This document shows positions 43,552 through 52,087 of a DNA stretch of 64,000 bases, piece by piece. The notes under the pieces were generated by a model. The model worked only from the letters and a program-made list of their open reading frames with translations. It did no database searches and was not told the origin of the DNA. Within the stretch, counting starts at the first letter, position 1. Every line of letters begins with the position of its first letter. The stretch spans positions 2,668 to 66,667 of the forward strand of contig CAWEGH010000008.1 in the NCBI GenBank assembly GCA_963808785.1. The letters run 5' to 3'. Origin of the DNA: Candidatus Dormiibacterota bacterium (GTDB lineage Bacteria > Chloroflexota > Dormibacteria > Dormibacterales > Dormibacteraceae). The translations under genes and the position numbers were made by a program.

Positions 43552-46425
43552 ATGGTGTTGAGGTCGCCCCGACTGGTCGGCCGAGACCAGGAACGTGAGC
43601 TACTCGCCAGGTCGGCGGACGCCGCGCGGTCGGGCGCGGGCACGGCGATCGCCGTCATCGGAGAGGCGGGAGTCGGGAAATCGCGGTTGGTGACCGAGAT
43701 GCTGGTCGGCTCCCGGGCCGAGGGCATGCTGGCGCTTCGGGGGCGAACCGGTGCGGCCCCGGGACGGATCCCTTTCCGGCCGGTGGCGGAGGCGCTTGCC
43801 GGCGGCCTGCGCGAGAGGCCAAACCTGCAGCTCGACCTGCGCGGCTTCCGTCCCGCGCTGGCCAGCGTGCTGCCCGGGTGGTTCGATGGCCCGGGTGCAT
43901 CGTCGCCAGACGTGGTGTTCGTCGCCGAAGCGGTCCTTCGACTGCTGCGCCTGCTGGCGAGTGATCGGGGTGCAGTGATGGTGCTCGAGGATCTCCAGGA
44001 GGCAGACTCCGAGTCCCTGGACCTGGTCTCGTACCTGGTCGACAACATCGCCGGCGAACGGCTGCTTCTGGTCCTGACGGTGCGTGAGCCGCCGGAGAGC
44101 CGTGCTCTGCACGCTTTGCGAGAGAGAGCCGGCGCCGGGGCCTTGCGATGGCTGCAACTGGCCCGAATGGCGGAACGCGATCTGGAGGCGATTGCCGAGA
44201 GCTGTCTCGGTGAGCCCTTGCCGTTCGGGCTCTGGGAAGTCCTTCGCACGCGATCGGAAGGCCTGCCTTTGTTCGTTGAGGAGTTGCTCTCCGCGATTCC
44301 TGATGACTTGTTGGCCCAGGTTCGAGATCAGGATGTGCTCGCCTGGCGGATTGCCGTGCACGTGCCGACCAGTTTTCAGACTGCCGTCGACGAGCAGCTG
44401 GCGGCTCTGGGCGAGGTGGGACGTCGGGTGATCGGGACTGCCGGGTTGCTGGGGCGGAGCTTTGACACCACCCTCCTCCAGCCGGCCACCGGCTGCTCGA
44501 TCGCGGAGGTGGGAGAAGCACTCCGAACCGCCACCTCCGCCGGCCTCGTCCTTCGCGGCCGGGAGGCGGAGCGGGACTGGCTCACGTTCCGGCACGAGCT
44601 GACGCGCGACTCGGTGCTGGCAGGGACGCCCCCACCCGTCAGGCGATCGCTTGCTGCGGGCGCGCTCACCGCGCTGATGGCCGCCCAGCCCGACCTCGGC
44701 GGTGGGTGGTGCGAGATCGGTGCAAACCTGGCACTCGCCGCCGGGAAGCCGGGGCTGGCTGTCAGCCTGATGCGGCGTCTGGCCACTCGGGCGGCAGCCG
44801 AGGGAGCGGTCGGCGTCGCGCTTCAGGCGCTCGAGCGCGCAGCGGTGGTGTCGCCTCCCGCGGCCGAGCCGCTGCGAACCGTACAGCTGGAATTGCTCGA
44901 AGCCAGGGTTGCCGCCGGCCACCTCGAGCTGGCGGAAGCTCTTGGGACACGACTTCTCCCCGAGCTGGAGCCTGGATCCGAGGCCGCGGACCGGGCGCAC
45001 CTGGCGCTGGCCGATGTCGGGTTGACTCGATTGGACTTCGAATCGGTGGCGCGGCACCTGGGAGCCATCACCGGCGCCACCGGCGAATTGAAGGCCCGGC
45101 GTGACTTGTCGCGGGCGCGGCTGGAGCTCGCCCGGTATCGGTACAGCACCGCCGAGCGGCTGGCCCGAGCGGTTGCGACCAGTCTCGACGCCAACTCGGC
45201 CGAGATCAAGTGCGAGGCACTGTTGATGGCGGGTCACACGCTCGCTGCCCGGGATCCAGGCGCCGCGGAAGTCCTCTTCTTGGAGGCATTGGAGGCGGCT
45301 GGTCAGGAGGGGCTGGCCGTCGCCCGCGCATTCTCGCTGGCGGCGCTGGCCGGGCTCGACGTGCTGCGAGTTGTCTCCCCGGAACGGGTGTTGGCGGCGC
45401 GCCGAGCGGCACTCGACTGCGGCCTGGCAGGCTTGGCGGCTGCCCTGACACACGATCTCGCCATGCTGAGCCTGCTGCGTTTCGACCTGGAGGAAGCTCG
45501 CCGCTGGGCCGCTGCCTGTATCGCGGATGGGCGCCGTTTCGGCCTCGGCTGGGTGCTGGCCGCTGGTCTCATCAAAGAAGCTTTTGCAGCCGCCCTCGAG
45601 GGCCGTGGCGCGGAGGCGGGCAGGCTGCTTGACGAAGCGGAACCTCTGGTCGCCGGTGACCCGCGCGGCACCGCGCTGATGTCCGGCCATGTCCGGGCGG
45701 TGTTGGCGATCAACGCAGAGGATCTGGAGGCTGCCACGAGCGTCACCAGCGAGGCGGCTGCACTGTGGTGGCGGCACCGCCTGGAACCGAGGCCTTTTCT
45801 GGGCCTCTGGGTGCTGTTGCAAGCGCTTCGAGGCGCCGACGCCTACCGATCGGCCGTTGGCCGGCTCGAGCACCGTCGCGCCCTGTGGCAACCCACCACG
45901 CGTGGCCTGGCGCTTGCCGGGCGCGGGATCCTGCTGACTGAGGCCGGACGCCAGACCGAGGCCGAGCAGTTGGTCGCGCAGGCGCTTCCCCTGCTGGAGG
46001 GCACGCCGTGGTTTCACGGTGTTGCTTGCCGAGTGGTCGGCGAGCGGTTGCTGCCGTCAGGTGGCACCAGTGGCGAGGCACTCCTCCACACCGCCCTCGC
46101 CTTCTTCTCAGCATCCGGTCTCGAGGTGCCGGCGTCGCGCTGCCGGCTGCTGCTCAGGGCCGCCGGGCGCCGAGTTCCGCGCCGTGGCCGGGGGCACGCG
46201 AGCGTGCCCGCGGCGTTCGCTGCGCTCGGGATCTCTTCCCGGGAGATGGACGTCCTCGAGCTGCTGGCGACCGGTTTGACCAATCGCCAGATCGGCGAGC
46301 GGCTGTTCCTCTCCTCCCGGACGGTTGACAAGCACGTCCAGAGGCTGCTTGGAAAGACCGGCAGCGCCAACCGGACCGCGCTTGCAGACCGCCTGCATCA
46401 ACTTCCCGAAGGAGCCCACGCCTAG
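43552..46425 (+). CDS. LAL-type LuxR-family regulator (N-terminal AAA ATPase, TPR-like middle, C-terminal LuxR HTH)
   Basis: Walker A IGEAGVGKSRLV. C-terminus SSREMDVLELLATGLTNRQIGERLFLSSRTVDKHVQRLLGK. Confidence 0.85.
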   Translation: MVLRSPRLVGRDQERELLARSADAARSGAGTAIAVIGEAGVGKSRLVTEMLVGSRAEGMLALRGRTGAAPGRIPFRPVAEALAGGLRERPNLQLDLRGFRPALASVLPGWFDGPGASSPDVVFVAEAVLRLLRLLASDRGAVMVLEDLQEADSESLDLVSYLVDNIAGERLLLVLTVREPPESRALHALRERAGAGALRWLQLARMAERDLEAIAESCLGEPLPFGLWEVLRTRSEGLPLFVEELLSAIPDDLLAQVRDQDVLAWRIAVHVPTSFQTAVDEQLAALGEVGRRVIGTAGLLGRSFDTTLLQPATGCSIAEVGEALRTATSAGLVLRGREAERDWLTFRHELTRDSVLAGTPPPVRRSLAAGALTALMAAQPDLGGGWCEIGANLALAAGKPGLAVSLMRRLATRAAAEGAVGVALQALERAAVVSPPAAEPLRTVQLELLEARVAAGHLELAEALGTRLLPELEPGSEAADRAHLALADVGLTRLDFESVARHLGAITGATGELKARRDLSRARLELARYRYSTAERLARAVATSLDANSAEIKCEALLMAGHTLAARDPGAAEVLFLEALEAAGQEGLAVARAFSLAALAGLDVLRVVSPERVLAARRAALDCGLAGLAAALTHDLAMLSLLRFDLEEARRWAAACIADGRRFGLGWVLAAGLIKEAFAAALEGRGAEAGRLLDEAEPLVAGDPRGTALMSGHVRAVLAINAEDLEAATSVTSEAAALWWRHRLEPRPFLGLWVLLQALRGADAYRSAVGRLEHRRALWQPTTRGLALAGRGILLTEAGRQTEAEQLVAQALPLLEGTPWFHGVACRVVGERLLPSGGTSGEALLHTALAFFSASGLEVPASRCRLLLRAAGRRVPRRGRGHASVPAAFAALGISSREMDVLELLATGLTNRQIGERLFLSSRTVDKHVQRLLGKTGSANRTALADRLHQLPEGAHA

Positions 46426-46598
46426 CGCGTGTGCGGCCGGAGGTGGCCGCTCCATTAAGTACGTAGCTCGTCGCTGAAGCAGGCCGCGATTCTGGGGTTT
46501 GCGAGGGAGCTTCACTGGACCGATGCTGGCCGGGTCAACCCGCACCACGGTGCACGCCGGAGCTGTCAGCGACGACGGCTCGTGAGAGGAGAAGTCCA

Positions 46599-47660
46599 AT
46601 GTTTGATCCAGAGATCGGCCATGAGGTCGCCCACCTCGCGCGTGCCGAAATCCTCACCCCCAAGCCGGACGGCACCCTGTGGTTTTTCACCAAGCTGCTC
46701 GGCATGTACGAGACGCACCGCGAGGGCCAATCCGTCTACCTGCGTGGCTATGAGGATCCCTACCAGTGGAGCATCAAGGTAACGGAAGCTCCTCAGCCCG
46801 GGCTCGGCCACGTCGCGCTGCGGACAATCTCGCCCCAGGCGCTGGAGCGTCGGGCCGATTCCCTGCGGCAGGCCAATGTCGCCCTCTCCTGGACCGAGGA
46901 TGAGTTCGGCTACGGCAAGACGCTGCGGTTCGATTCCGGCGACGGGCACCGGTTGAGCCTGCTCTGGGAGGTGGAGAGATACCAGGCGCCACCGGAGCTG
47001 CGCAGCAAGATCCTCTGCCGCCCGTCCAGGAAGCCACTGCAGGGCCTCCCCATCAAGCGCCTCGATCATGTCAACCTGCTGGCCGGCGATGTCACGCCGG
47101 TGAAGAAGTTGTTCGAGCGGCACCTCGGCTTCCAGACCCGCGAGCGAGTCGTCGATGGCGACGTCGAAATCGGCGTCTGGATGAGCACGAACCTCCTCGG
47201 CCACGAAGTCGCATGCATGCGTGACTCTCTCGGCGAGCACGGTCGGTTTCACCACCTGGCGATGTTCTACGGCGTTCCGCAGCACAACGTGGACGCGGCA
47301 GAGATGTTTCGGGACTACGACATCCAGATCGAGTGCGGCCCCGACAAACACGGGATCACTCAGGGCTCATTCCTGTATGTGTTCGAGCCTGGCGGCAACA
47401 GAATCGAGCTGTTCGGTGACACTGGCTTTCTCTACTTCGAGCCGGATTACCAGACCCGCACGTGGCAGATGTCGGAGATCGAGACGGGGCTCGCCATCGG
47501 TGGGGCGAGGCTGCCCTTCGAGACCTACTTCACCTATGGCACGCCCAACAAGCTCACCCTCGCAGACCACATCGTTCAGTACTCGAAGCCGTCAGGCCCA
47601 CCCGCCGCGGCGGGTCCAGAGCCAGTGTTGGAGGTGGCTACCCGCGGCCGACCGCGGTGA
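46599..47660 (+). CDS. extradiol ring-cleavage dioxygenase (catechol 2,3-dioxygenase-like, two VOC modules)
   Basis: LGHVALRT..., RLDHVNLLAGDV..., HHLAMFYGVP..., GPDKHGITQGSFLYVFEPGGNRIELF. Confidence 0.85.
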   Translation: MFDPEIGHEVAHLARAEILTPKPDGTLWFFTKLLGMYETHREGQSVYLRGYEDPYQWSIKVTEAPQPGLGHVALRTISPQALERRADSLRQANVALSWTEDEFGYGKTLRFDSGDGHRLSLLWEVERYQAPPELRSKILCRPSRKPLQGLPIKRLDHVNLLAGDVTPVKKLFERHLGFQTRERVVDGDVEIGVWMSTNLLGHEVACMRDSLGEHGRFHHLAMFYGVPQHNVDAAEMFRDYDIQIECGPDKHGITQGSFLYVFEPGGNRIELFGDTGFLYFEPDYQTRTWQMSEIETGLAIGGARLPFETYFTYGTPNKLTLADHIVQYSKPSGPPAAAGPEPVLEVATRGRPR

Positions 47661-47931
47661 CCGACGGCCAGGCGATGTCGTCGATCGCGAGCCACGGCGC
47701 CCGGGCGAACGCGCTGGCGGTCGATCCCATGATGGCCTTGACCTCCCGGTGGAGGCGGGCCGATCGCCGTAGCCACTCTCGGCGAGGAGATGGGCGGCGT
47801 GGTCGAAACGTATCAGCCGGGCCGCGGGCAAACAGGCGACGGCAGGTCGGAAGGCCCGGGCTCAGATAGCCCAGGAGGTAGGTCAACGCGCGTCTGGGCC
47901 ACACGATGCGATACGCGCGTTGTCGACTCAG
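47638..47931 (-). pseudogene. decayed RelE/ParE-like toxin (copy B)
   Basis: The first ~20 codons (LSRQRAYRIVWPRRALTYL) parallel copy A (LSPQRAFRILWRRRSLTHL). The remainder is scrambled across frames. Overlaps the 3' end of the dioxygenase gene. Confidence 0.4.
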
Positions 47932-48109
47932 CGAGAGGCGACCCCGCGACGGCCGATGATCCGGAGGGCCTCCTCGTGGTCGACCAGGTCCGGGTGACCA
48001 CGCTCTATCTCCTGCTCCGCCTGGTCCAATTCCTCGCGCAAACCAGGGTTGGCATCAAAGAGTCTTCGATCACCTCATCGAGCGGATGCCGGCTCACATC
48101 GGTCGCCAT
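47928..48109 (-). pseudogene. antitoxin copy B (paralogue of 48868..49050) with a 1-nt deletion
   Basis: MATDVSRHPLDEVIED, then a frameshift. The corrected frame gives ANPGLREELDQAEQEIERG.PDLVDHEEALRIIGRR, closely matching copy A. Confidence 0.6.
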
Positions 48110-48153
48110 ACCAAGGGGCTCATAAATCGCGCGACCAACAAGGCGCCCACGGC

Positions 48154-48330
48154 TCTATTTGATCCCCGCAGGCCGGGGGACACACGGTACTCGTAGCGCT
48201 CCCGCCAAAGAGGTCCACGGCGGAACCGGCTCACCATGCTCACGAAGATTCTCGATGTAACCAACGATGGCCTCTCGGATCATCTGCTTCACTTCGGCGC
48301 GGGTGTAAGGTCGAACGCGCTGCCTTGAAT
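48154..48330 (-). pseudogene. HicB-like antitoxin fragment
   Basis: TRAEVKQMIREAIVGYIENLREHGEPVPP resembles the conserved HicB/UPF0150 core. The N-terminal part is missing. Confidence 0.4.
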
Positions 48331-48332
48331 GT

Positions 48333-48359
48333 AAAAAGCCCGGGCCTGAGGTCCGGGCT
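48333..48359 (-). terminator. intrinsic terminator following the left copy of the 33-nt repeat
   Basis: Minus strand: GCCCGG-ACCTCAGGC-CCGGGC followed by TTTTTAC. Confidence 0.6.
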
Positions 48360-48370
48360 TGGCGGGATAT

Positions 48371-48403
48371 CGGCTACTCGTCCTCGATCTGGTTGTACAT
48401 CAG
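48371..48403. repeat. 33-nt perfect direct repeat, left copy (putative attL core)
   Basis: CGGCTACTCGTCCTCGATCTGGTTGTACATCAG is identical to 61832-61864. Confidence 0.85.
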
Positions 48404-48598
48404 AAGATGCAATTTCGACCATATGTTCGAGTGATTTTGAACTCAAATCACCGAACTGGCTGCACAAACCTAATGTACTGAGGCTTCTAAGCGCGGTCGT
48501 CGGCGAGCACTCGAAATCGGTCGAATTTGCTAGCGATAAGGCCATCCAGCGGCCCGAGAGCGAGGTGGAGAAAGTCCTGGAAGGGGCCCGGGCCCCGG

Positions 48599-48871
48599 TC
48601 ACCAAGGCCGTGTGCGGCGCCGAGCGTCGCGGACGGCGAGCACGATCATCTCGTTGCCCTCGACCCGATAGAACACTCCCTGGGGAGGCACCGGCGAGTA
48701 CCGGGATCCTCGGCCGACCGCGCGTCCGAGGTTAGTCATCCCGGTCCAGGCGAGCCACTCGACTGCGTCAACGACGGCCTCCGCCTGTCCAGGAGCGCGC
48801 TCAGAGAGCTCGGCCAAGTGGGTCAGCGAGCGTCTGCGCCAGAGGATCCGAAACGCGCGCTGAGGGCTCAG
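48599..48871 (-). CDS. RelE/ParE-family toxin (copy A), no canonical start codon
   Basis: ...PPQGVFYRVEGNEMIVLAVRDARRR C-terminal ParE signature. The frame opens at a CTG that overlaps the antitoxin stop (CTGA). The ORF track starts it at TTG 48817. Confidence 0.55.
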   Translation of the reverse strand: MSPQRAFRILWRRRSLTHLAELSERAPGQAEAVVDAVEWLAWTGMTNLGRAVGRGSRYSPVPPQGVFYRVEGNEMIVLAVRDARRRTRPW

Positions 48872-49050
48872 CGGGACGCGTTCCGGCGGCGGCCGATGAC
48901 CTTGAGCGCCTCTTCGTGGTCGACCAGGTCCGCCTCGCCACGCTCAATCTCGCCCACGGCCTCGTCCAACTCGTCGCGCAAGCCAGGGTTGGCCTCGAAG
49001 ATCTTCTCGATCTCCTCGTCGAGCGGATGCCGGCTGGGGTCGGTCGCCAT
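48868..49050 (-). CDS. small antitoxin (copy A)
   Basis: Uses ATG 49050. MATDPSRHPLDEEIEKIFEANPGLRDELDEAVGEIERGEADLVDHEEALKVIGRRR. Lies directly upstream of, and overlapping, the ParE-like ORF. Confidence 0.55.
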   Translation of the reverse strand: MATDPSRHPLDEEIEKIFEANPGLRDELDEAVGEIERGEADLVDHEEALKVIGRRRNASR

Positions 49051-49396
49051 CGCGTTTGATGCTACCGCCGGTGACCAAGCGCTGCGCCGCATGACGAGGC
49101 ACCTGTCATCAACTCGTTGCGCCGGACGCCCGGCAATCCATGTGGCACCGCGCGGAGGCAGTCAAGGCCGCGAAGCGCCGAAGGGCAGCCTTGACGGCCG
49201 GTGCGGCCGCGACCAGGCTCGGCTCAACGGGTCACGGGCTCGTGACCCATCGGCCGGACCGCTGCCCGCGATACAACACCGCACTCACACTACAAATGCT
49301 CATCCGCTCGCCCCACCAAGCCACCCAACACCGACAGCCACATAACAACAGACACTCAGAACACCCACGAACCATCCAAACCAACGCCCAAATACT

Positions 49397-49467
49397 CGGA
49401 CATTCACGCACCTCAGCCTTTCGAAGAAACCGAGGAACGAGGGGAGGGTGAGGTGCGTGAATGTCCG
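49397..49467 (+). promoter_or_regulatory. perfect 19-bp inverted repeat (33-nt spacer) that encloses an RBS-like GAGGGGAGGG and pairs over ATG 49461
   Basis: CGGACATTCACGCACCTCA (49397-49415) / TGAGGTGCGTGAATGTCCG (49449-49467), read directly. Confidence 0.6.
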
Positions 49468-49685
49468 AGTCCCGTTTCGATCTCGAAACGGGAGCTTTGC
49501 CTGTCCAGTCGGTAGGACACCTGACCAAACAGGCAACCGTCTCGATTTCAGACCATGTACGGACAGCCTCTTGCCACTCAGGCGAGTTTGGATTGGTCCG
49601 CCGGCTCGCCCACGGAGGCCACGCGCAGGAGACGTGCCCACGTACTCTGACGGTGCAGCGCGCGGTTACGGCGGCAGCGAGTGCG

Positions 49686-50277
49686 ATGGTTCTCATCTTC
49701 GAAGGAGCTGACCTGGCAGGCAAGAGCACTCTTGCTCGGCACTACCTTGGCGCGCTCGGCTTGCCAGTCGTCAAGATCCGCTGGGACCTCGGGGATGAGC
49801 GGACAGAGACGATCGCTTTCGCCAGGGTGACCTTGGGGCTCCTGGCCGCAACGCGAGCCGGGGTCATCCTCGACCGTAGCTTCGTCAGCATGTGGGCGTA
49901 CACGCGCGATCCGAAGTGACTACCTGCGTCCCATCATCGAGAGCCTGCGGTACGTACCCGATCTCCACCTGATCGTCTTGACCATGGGCGCGTTGGAACT
50001 GCACCGTCGCTACGTCGAGCGCCCGGACCTGTACTTCAGCGAGAGTCGACTGGAGGAGGTCGACCGACGCTTCGCATTGCTCCCAGCGCTGATGGGCACC
50101 ACGCTTGACGTGCTCCACCTCGACACCGGCGGGATGTCTCCCGATGGCTGTCGCGAGCGCATCGACGACCATCTCGGACTGCACACGGGTCCCTGGCGGC
50201 CAAACGATCGCCGCGGTGGGCAGGAGGTCACGATCCCCATCGGAGAGATCCCGGTCACCATCACGTTCCCGGCCTAA
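49686..50277 (+). pseudogene. thymidylate-kinase-like P-loop kinase with one frameshift
   Basis: MVLIFEGADLAGKST (P-loop) and ILDRSFVSMWAY (DR.xxSxxAY). Stop at 49917. The +1 frame continues DYLRPIIESLRYVPDLHLIVLTMGALELHRRYVERPDLYF... to 50277. Confidence 0.55.
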
Positions 50278-50459
50278 CGCCTATCCAGGCCACCGCCGGG
50301 TACATACTGGGAAGAGCAAGGCGTCACCCACATGGTCCACCAGGCTCACCTCCTTCGCCTCCGGGAGGGGCGAGTCGCTTCCGACACCGCGTTCTGCGGA
50401 GGACGCTGGCCCGCACCGCTGATCGCCGAGATGGCGCAAGCGGCAGCCAGCTTAAGCGG

Positions 50460-50678
50460 CTGAAGGCCTTGCTCACGATCTCCCGCATGGCAGGGCTGCT
50501 CGGTGTCTCGCGCTAAGGGTTCTACGCATGGACTGGGCGCAAAGGGGCGCCGCCGCGCGACGAGGCGTCGGTCGCTGGATGGAGGAGCGCTACAACCGAC
50601 GTCGCGGACACTCCTCGATCGGCATGGTGAGCCCTGCAGCGTTCGAGAAGGCCACACTTCAGACGGCACTCGCCGCCG
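50460..50678 (+). mobile_element. IS3-family transposase remnant (OrfB start fused to OrfB end, internal deletion, in-frame stop)
   Basis: ISRMAGLLGVSR*GFYAWTGRKG (HTH_21-like start) followed after a frameshift by WMEERYNRRRGHSSIGMVSPAAFEKA (typical IS3 OrfB C-terminus). Confidence 0.6.
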
Positions 50679-50806
50679 GATCGATCAGCGGGACGGCGCA
50701 AACTCTCCCGCGGTGCCGACGAGGTCGAGCAGGGCGTCGACGTGTCGCTCGGGGACGATTGGGCAACATCAGCGGGAGGGCGCCGACGTTCGGGGGCGCT
50801 GCAAGC

Positions 50807-52087
50807 CTAGCGGGGTGGAGGCCGCCTCTCCCAGATGTTGTCCTGGAACGCGTCGTAGACGATCGAGAACAGGGACTCAGCCGAGGGGCCGATCGGAGAG
50901 TTGACGAGCACCACCAGCTCCATGTCGTCCGGGAGGTAGAACAGCACCGACTGCTCAACATGTCCGGCGTTGTCTTGCAGGCCCCCGTTCTTCGCGTAGA
51001 GGGTGCCCAGCAGCGTGAAGGTGGCAAAGTCGATCCCGAAGTTGCTGTCGAGCATCGTCTGCGCTTGTTGCTGGCTCACGATCGTGCCGGCGCGACGGAA
51101 CGTGCCCATCACGTTGAGGACATCGTCGATCGTCATGTGCCACCCGGCGCCTCCTGCCATCGTCGTCAGATCGCCAGAGTTCCACCCGGCGCCCGACACC
51201 GGGAAGTTGTAGGCGAGCGCGTCGTCGGGCTCGTGCGCCAGCGTCGCATCGGTTACACCGGAGGGCGCGAACACGTTGGCTTGGACATAGTTCTGGTAGT
51301 CCTGCAGCGTGGCCACGTCCCAGGCCCTGTCGTTGGAGTCGGGCACTTCGAGATGGGGCGGCACCCTCAGCCACGGCGGGACGTTGCCGTTGACCGTCGA
51401 GATCAGGATGCGGCACAGGCCGAAGTTCATGTTCTGGTAGTACCACTTCCCCAGATTGGTCGCGCCGGCCGCGATCTGCGCTTTCATGAACTCGAAGTCC
51501 GACTCCGAGGTGTCAACGTCATAGGCAAGCCCGGACGTGTGCGTCAGCAGATTCGCGAACGTAATCTGGTCTATTTTGGGGCCCTTCTCCCAGTAGTCGG
51601 GCAGGTAGTCGATGATCGGGGTCTTGGACGTGAGGCCCGCCTCGTCGAGCGCCCTGATCATCGCCATCGCGGTCGGCTGCTTGCTCAGGCTGGCCACGTG
51701 ATACCGGACGTCTGGCGTCCAGCTCTCGGCGGTGTCCTGGGGCTCGTGCGCCCAGCCCCAATCGAACCTCCTGAGCGTCTGGCCGCTCTTGTTCAGGGCC
51801 ATCGCGTAGCCCGCGACGGAGTTGTCGAACGCGGCCTGGAGCGTCTCGACAAATCCGTCCGCGTTGAAGATGAAGCCGAGGAACTCTTCCGGACGTCCTC
51901 CGTCCACCGGCCTCGCAGGGGTCGGCGCGCGCTCCACATCGAGACTCCGGTTGGAGGTGAGGCCGAAGACGTTCGCGGGCCGCATCACGTGGGCACGGAT
52001 GGTCGCCGCATCGACCGTGACGCCGCGGATCTGCCTGAGCGCCTCGTCGAGGCGCGCGCTGTCGGTCACGTTCTCAGCGTCGGTCAT
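50807..52087 (-). CDS. beta-lactamase-fold serine hydrolase (paralogue 1)
   Basis: SxxK motif HVASLSKQPTAMAM. YxN motif WYYQNMNFGLCRIL. 426 aa with no obvious signal peptide. Confidence 0.75.
   Translation of the reverse strand: MTDAENVTDSARLDEALRQIRGVTVDAATIRAHVMRPANVFGLTSNRSLDVERAPTPARPVDGGRPEEFLGFIFNADGFVETLQAAFDNSVAGYAMALNKSGQTLRRFDWGWAHEPQDTAESWTPDVRYHVASLSKQPTAMAMIRALDEAGLTSKTPIIDYLPDYWEKGPKIDQITFANLLTHTSGLAYDVDTSESDFEFMKAQIAAGATNLGKWYYQNMNFGLCRILISTVNGNVPPWLRVPPHLEVPDSNDRAWDVATLQDYQNYVQANVFAPSGVTDATLAHEPDDALAYNFPVSGAGWNSGDLTTMAGGAGWHMTIDDVLNVMGTFRRAGTIVSQQQAQTMLDSNFGIDFATFTLLGTLYAKNGGLQDNAGHVEQSVLFYLPDDMELVVLVNSPIGPSAESLFSIVYDAFQDNIWERRPPPR

Noticed and set aside
47660-47700. Possible third, degenerate copy of the att core (GTCGTCGATCGCG vs GTCCTCGATCTGG) that would delimit an older island.
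   Set aside because: Only about 10 of 13 positions match, there is no terminator homology, and this is within chance expectation.
49397-49540. Retron-like msr/msd or other RT-templated element, suggested by the long perfect inverted repeats.
   Set aside because: There is no reverse transcriptase gene anywhere in the window, and I could not identify a conserved branching-G context.
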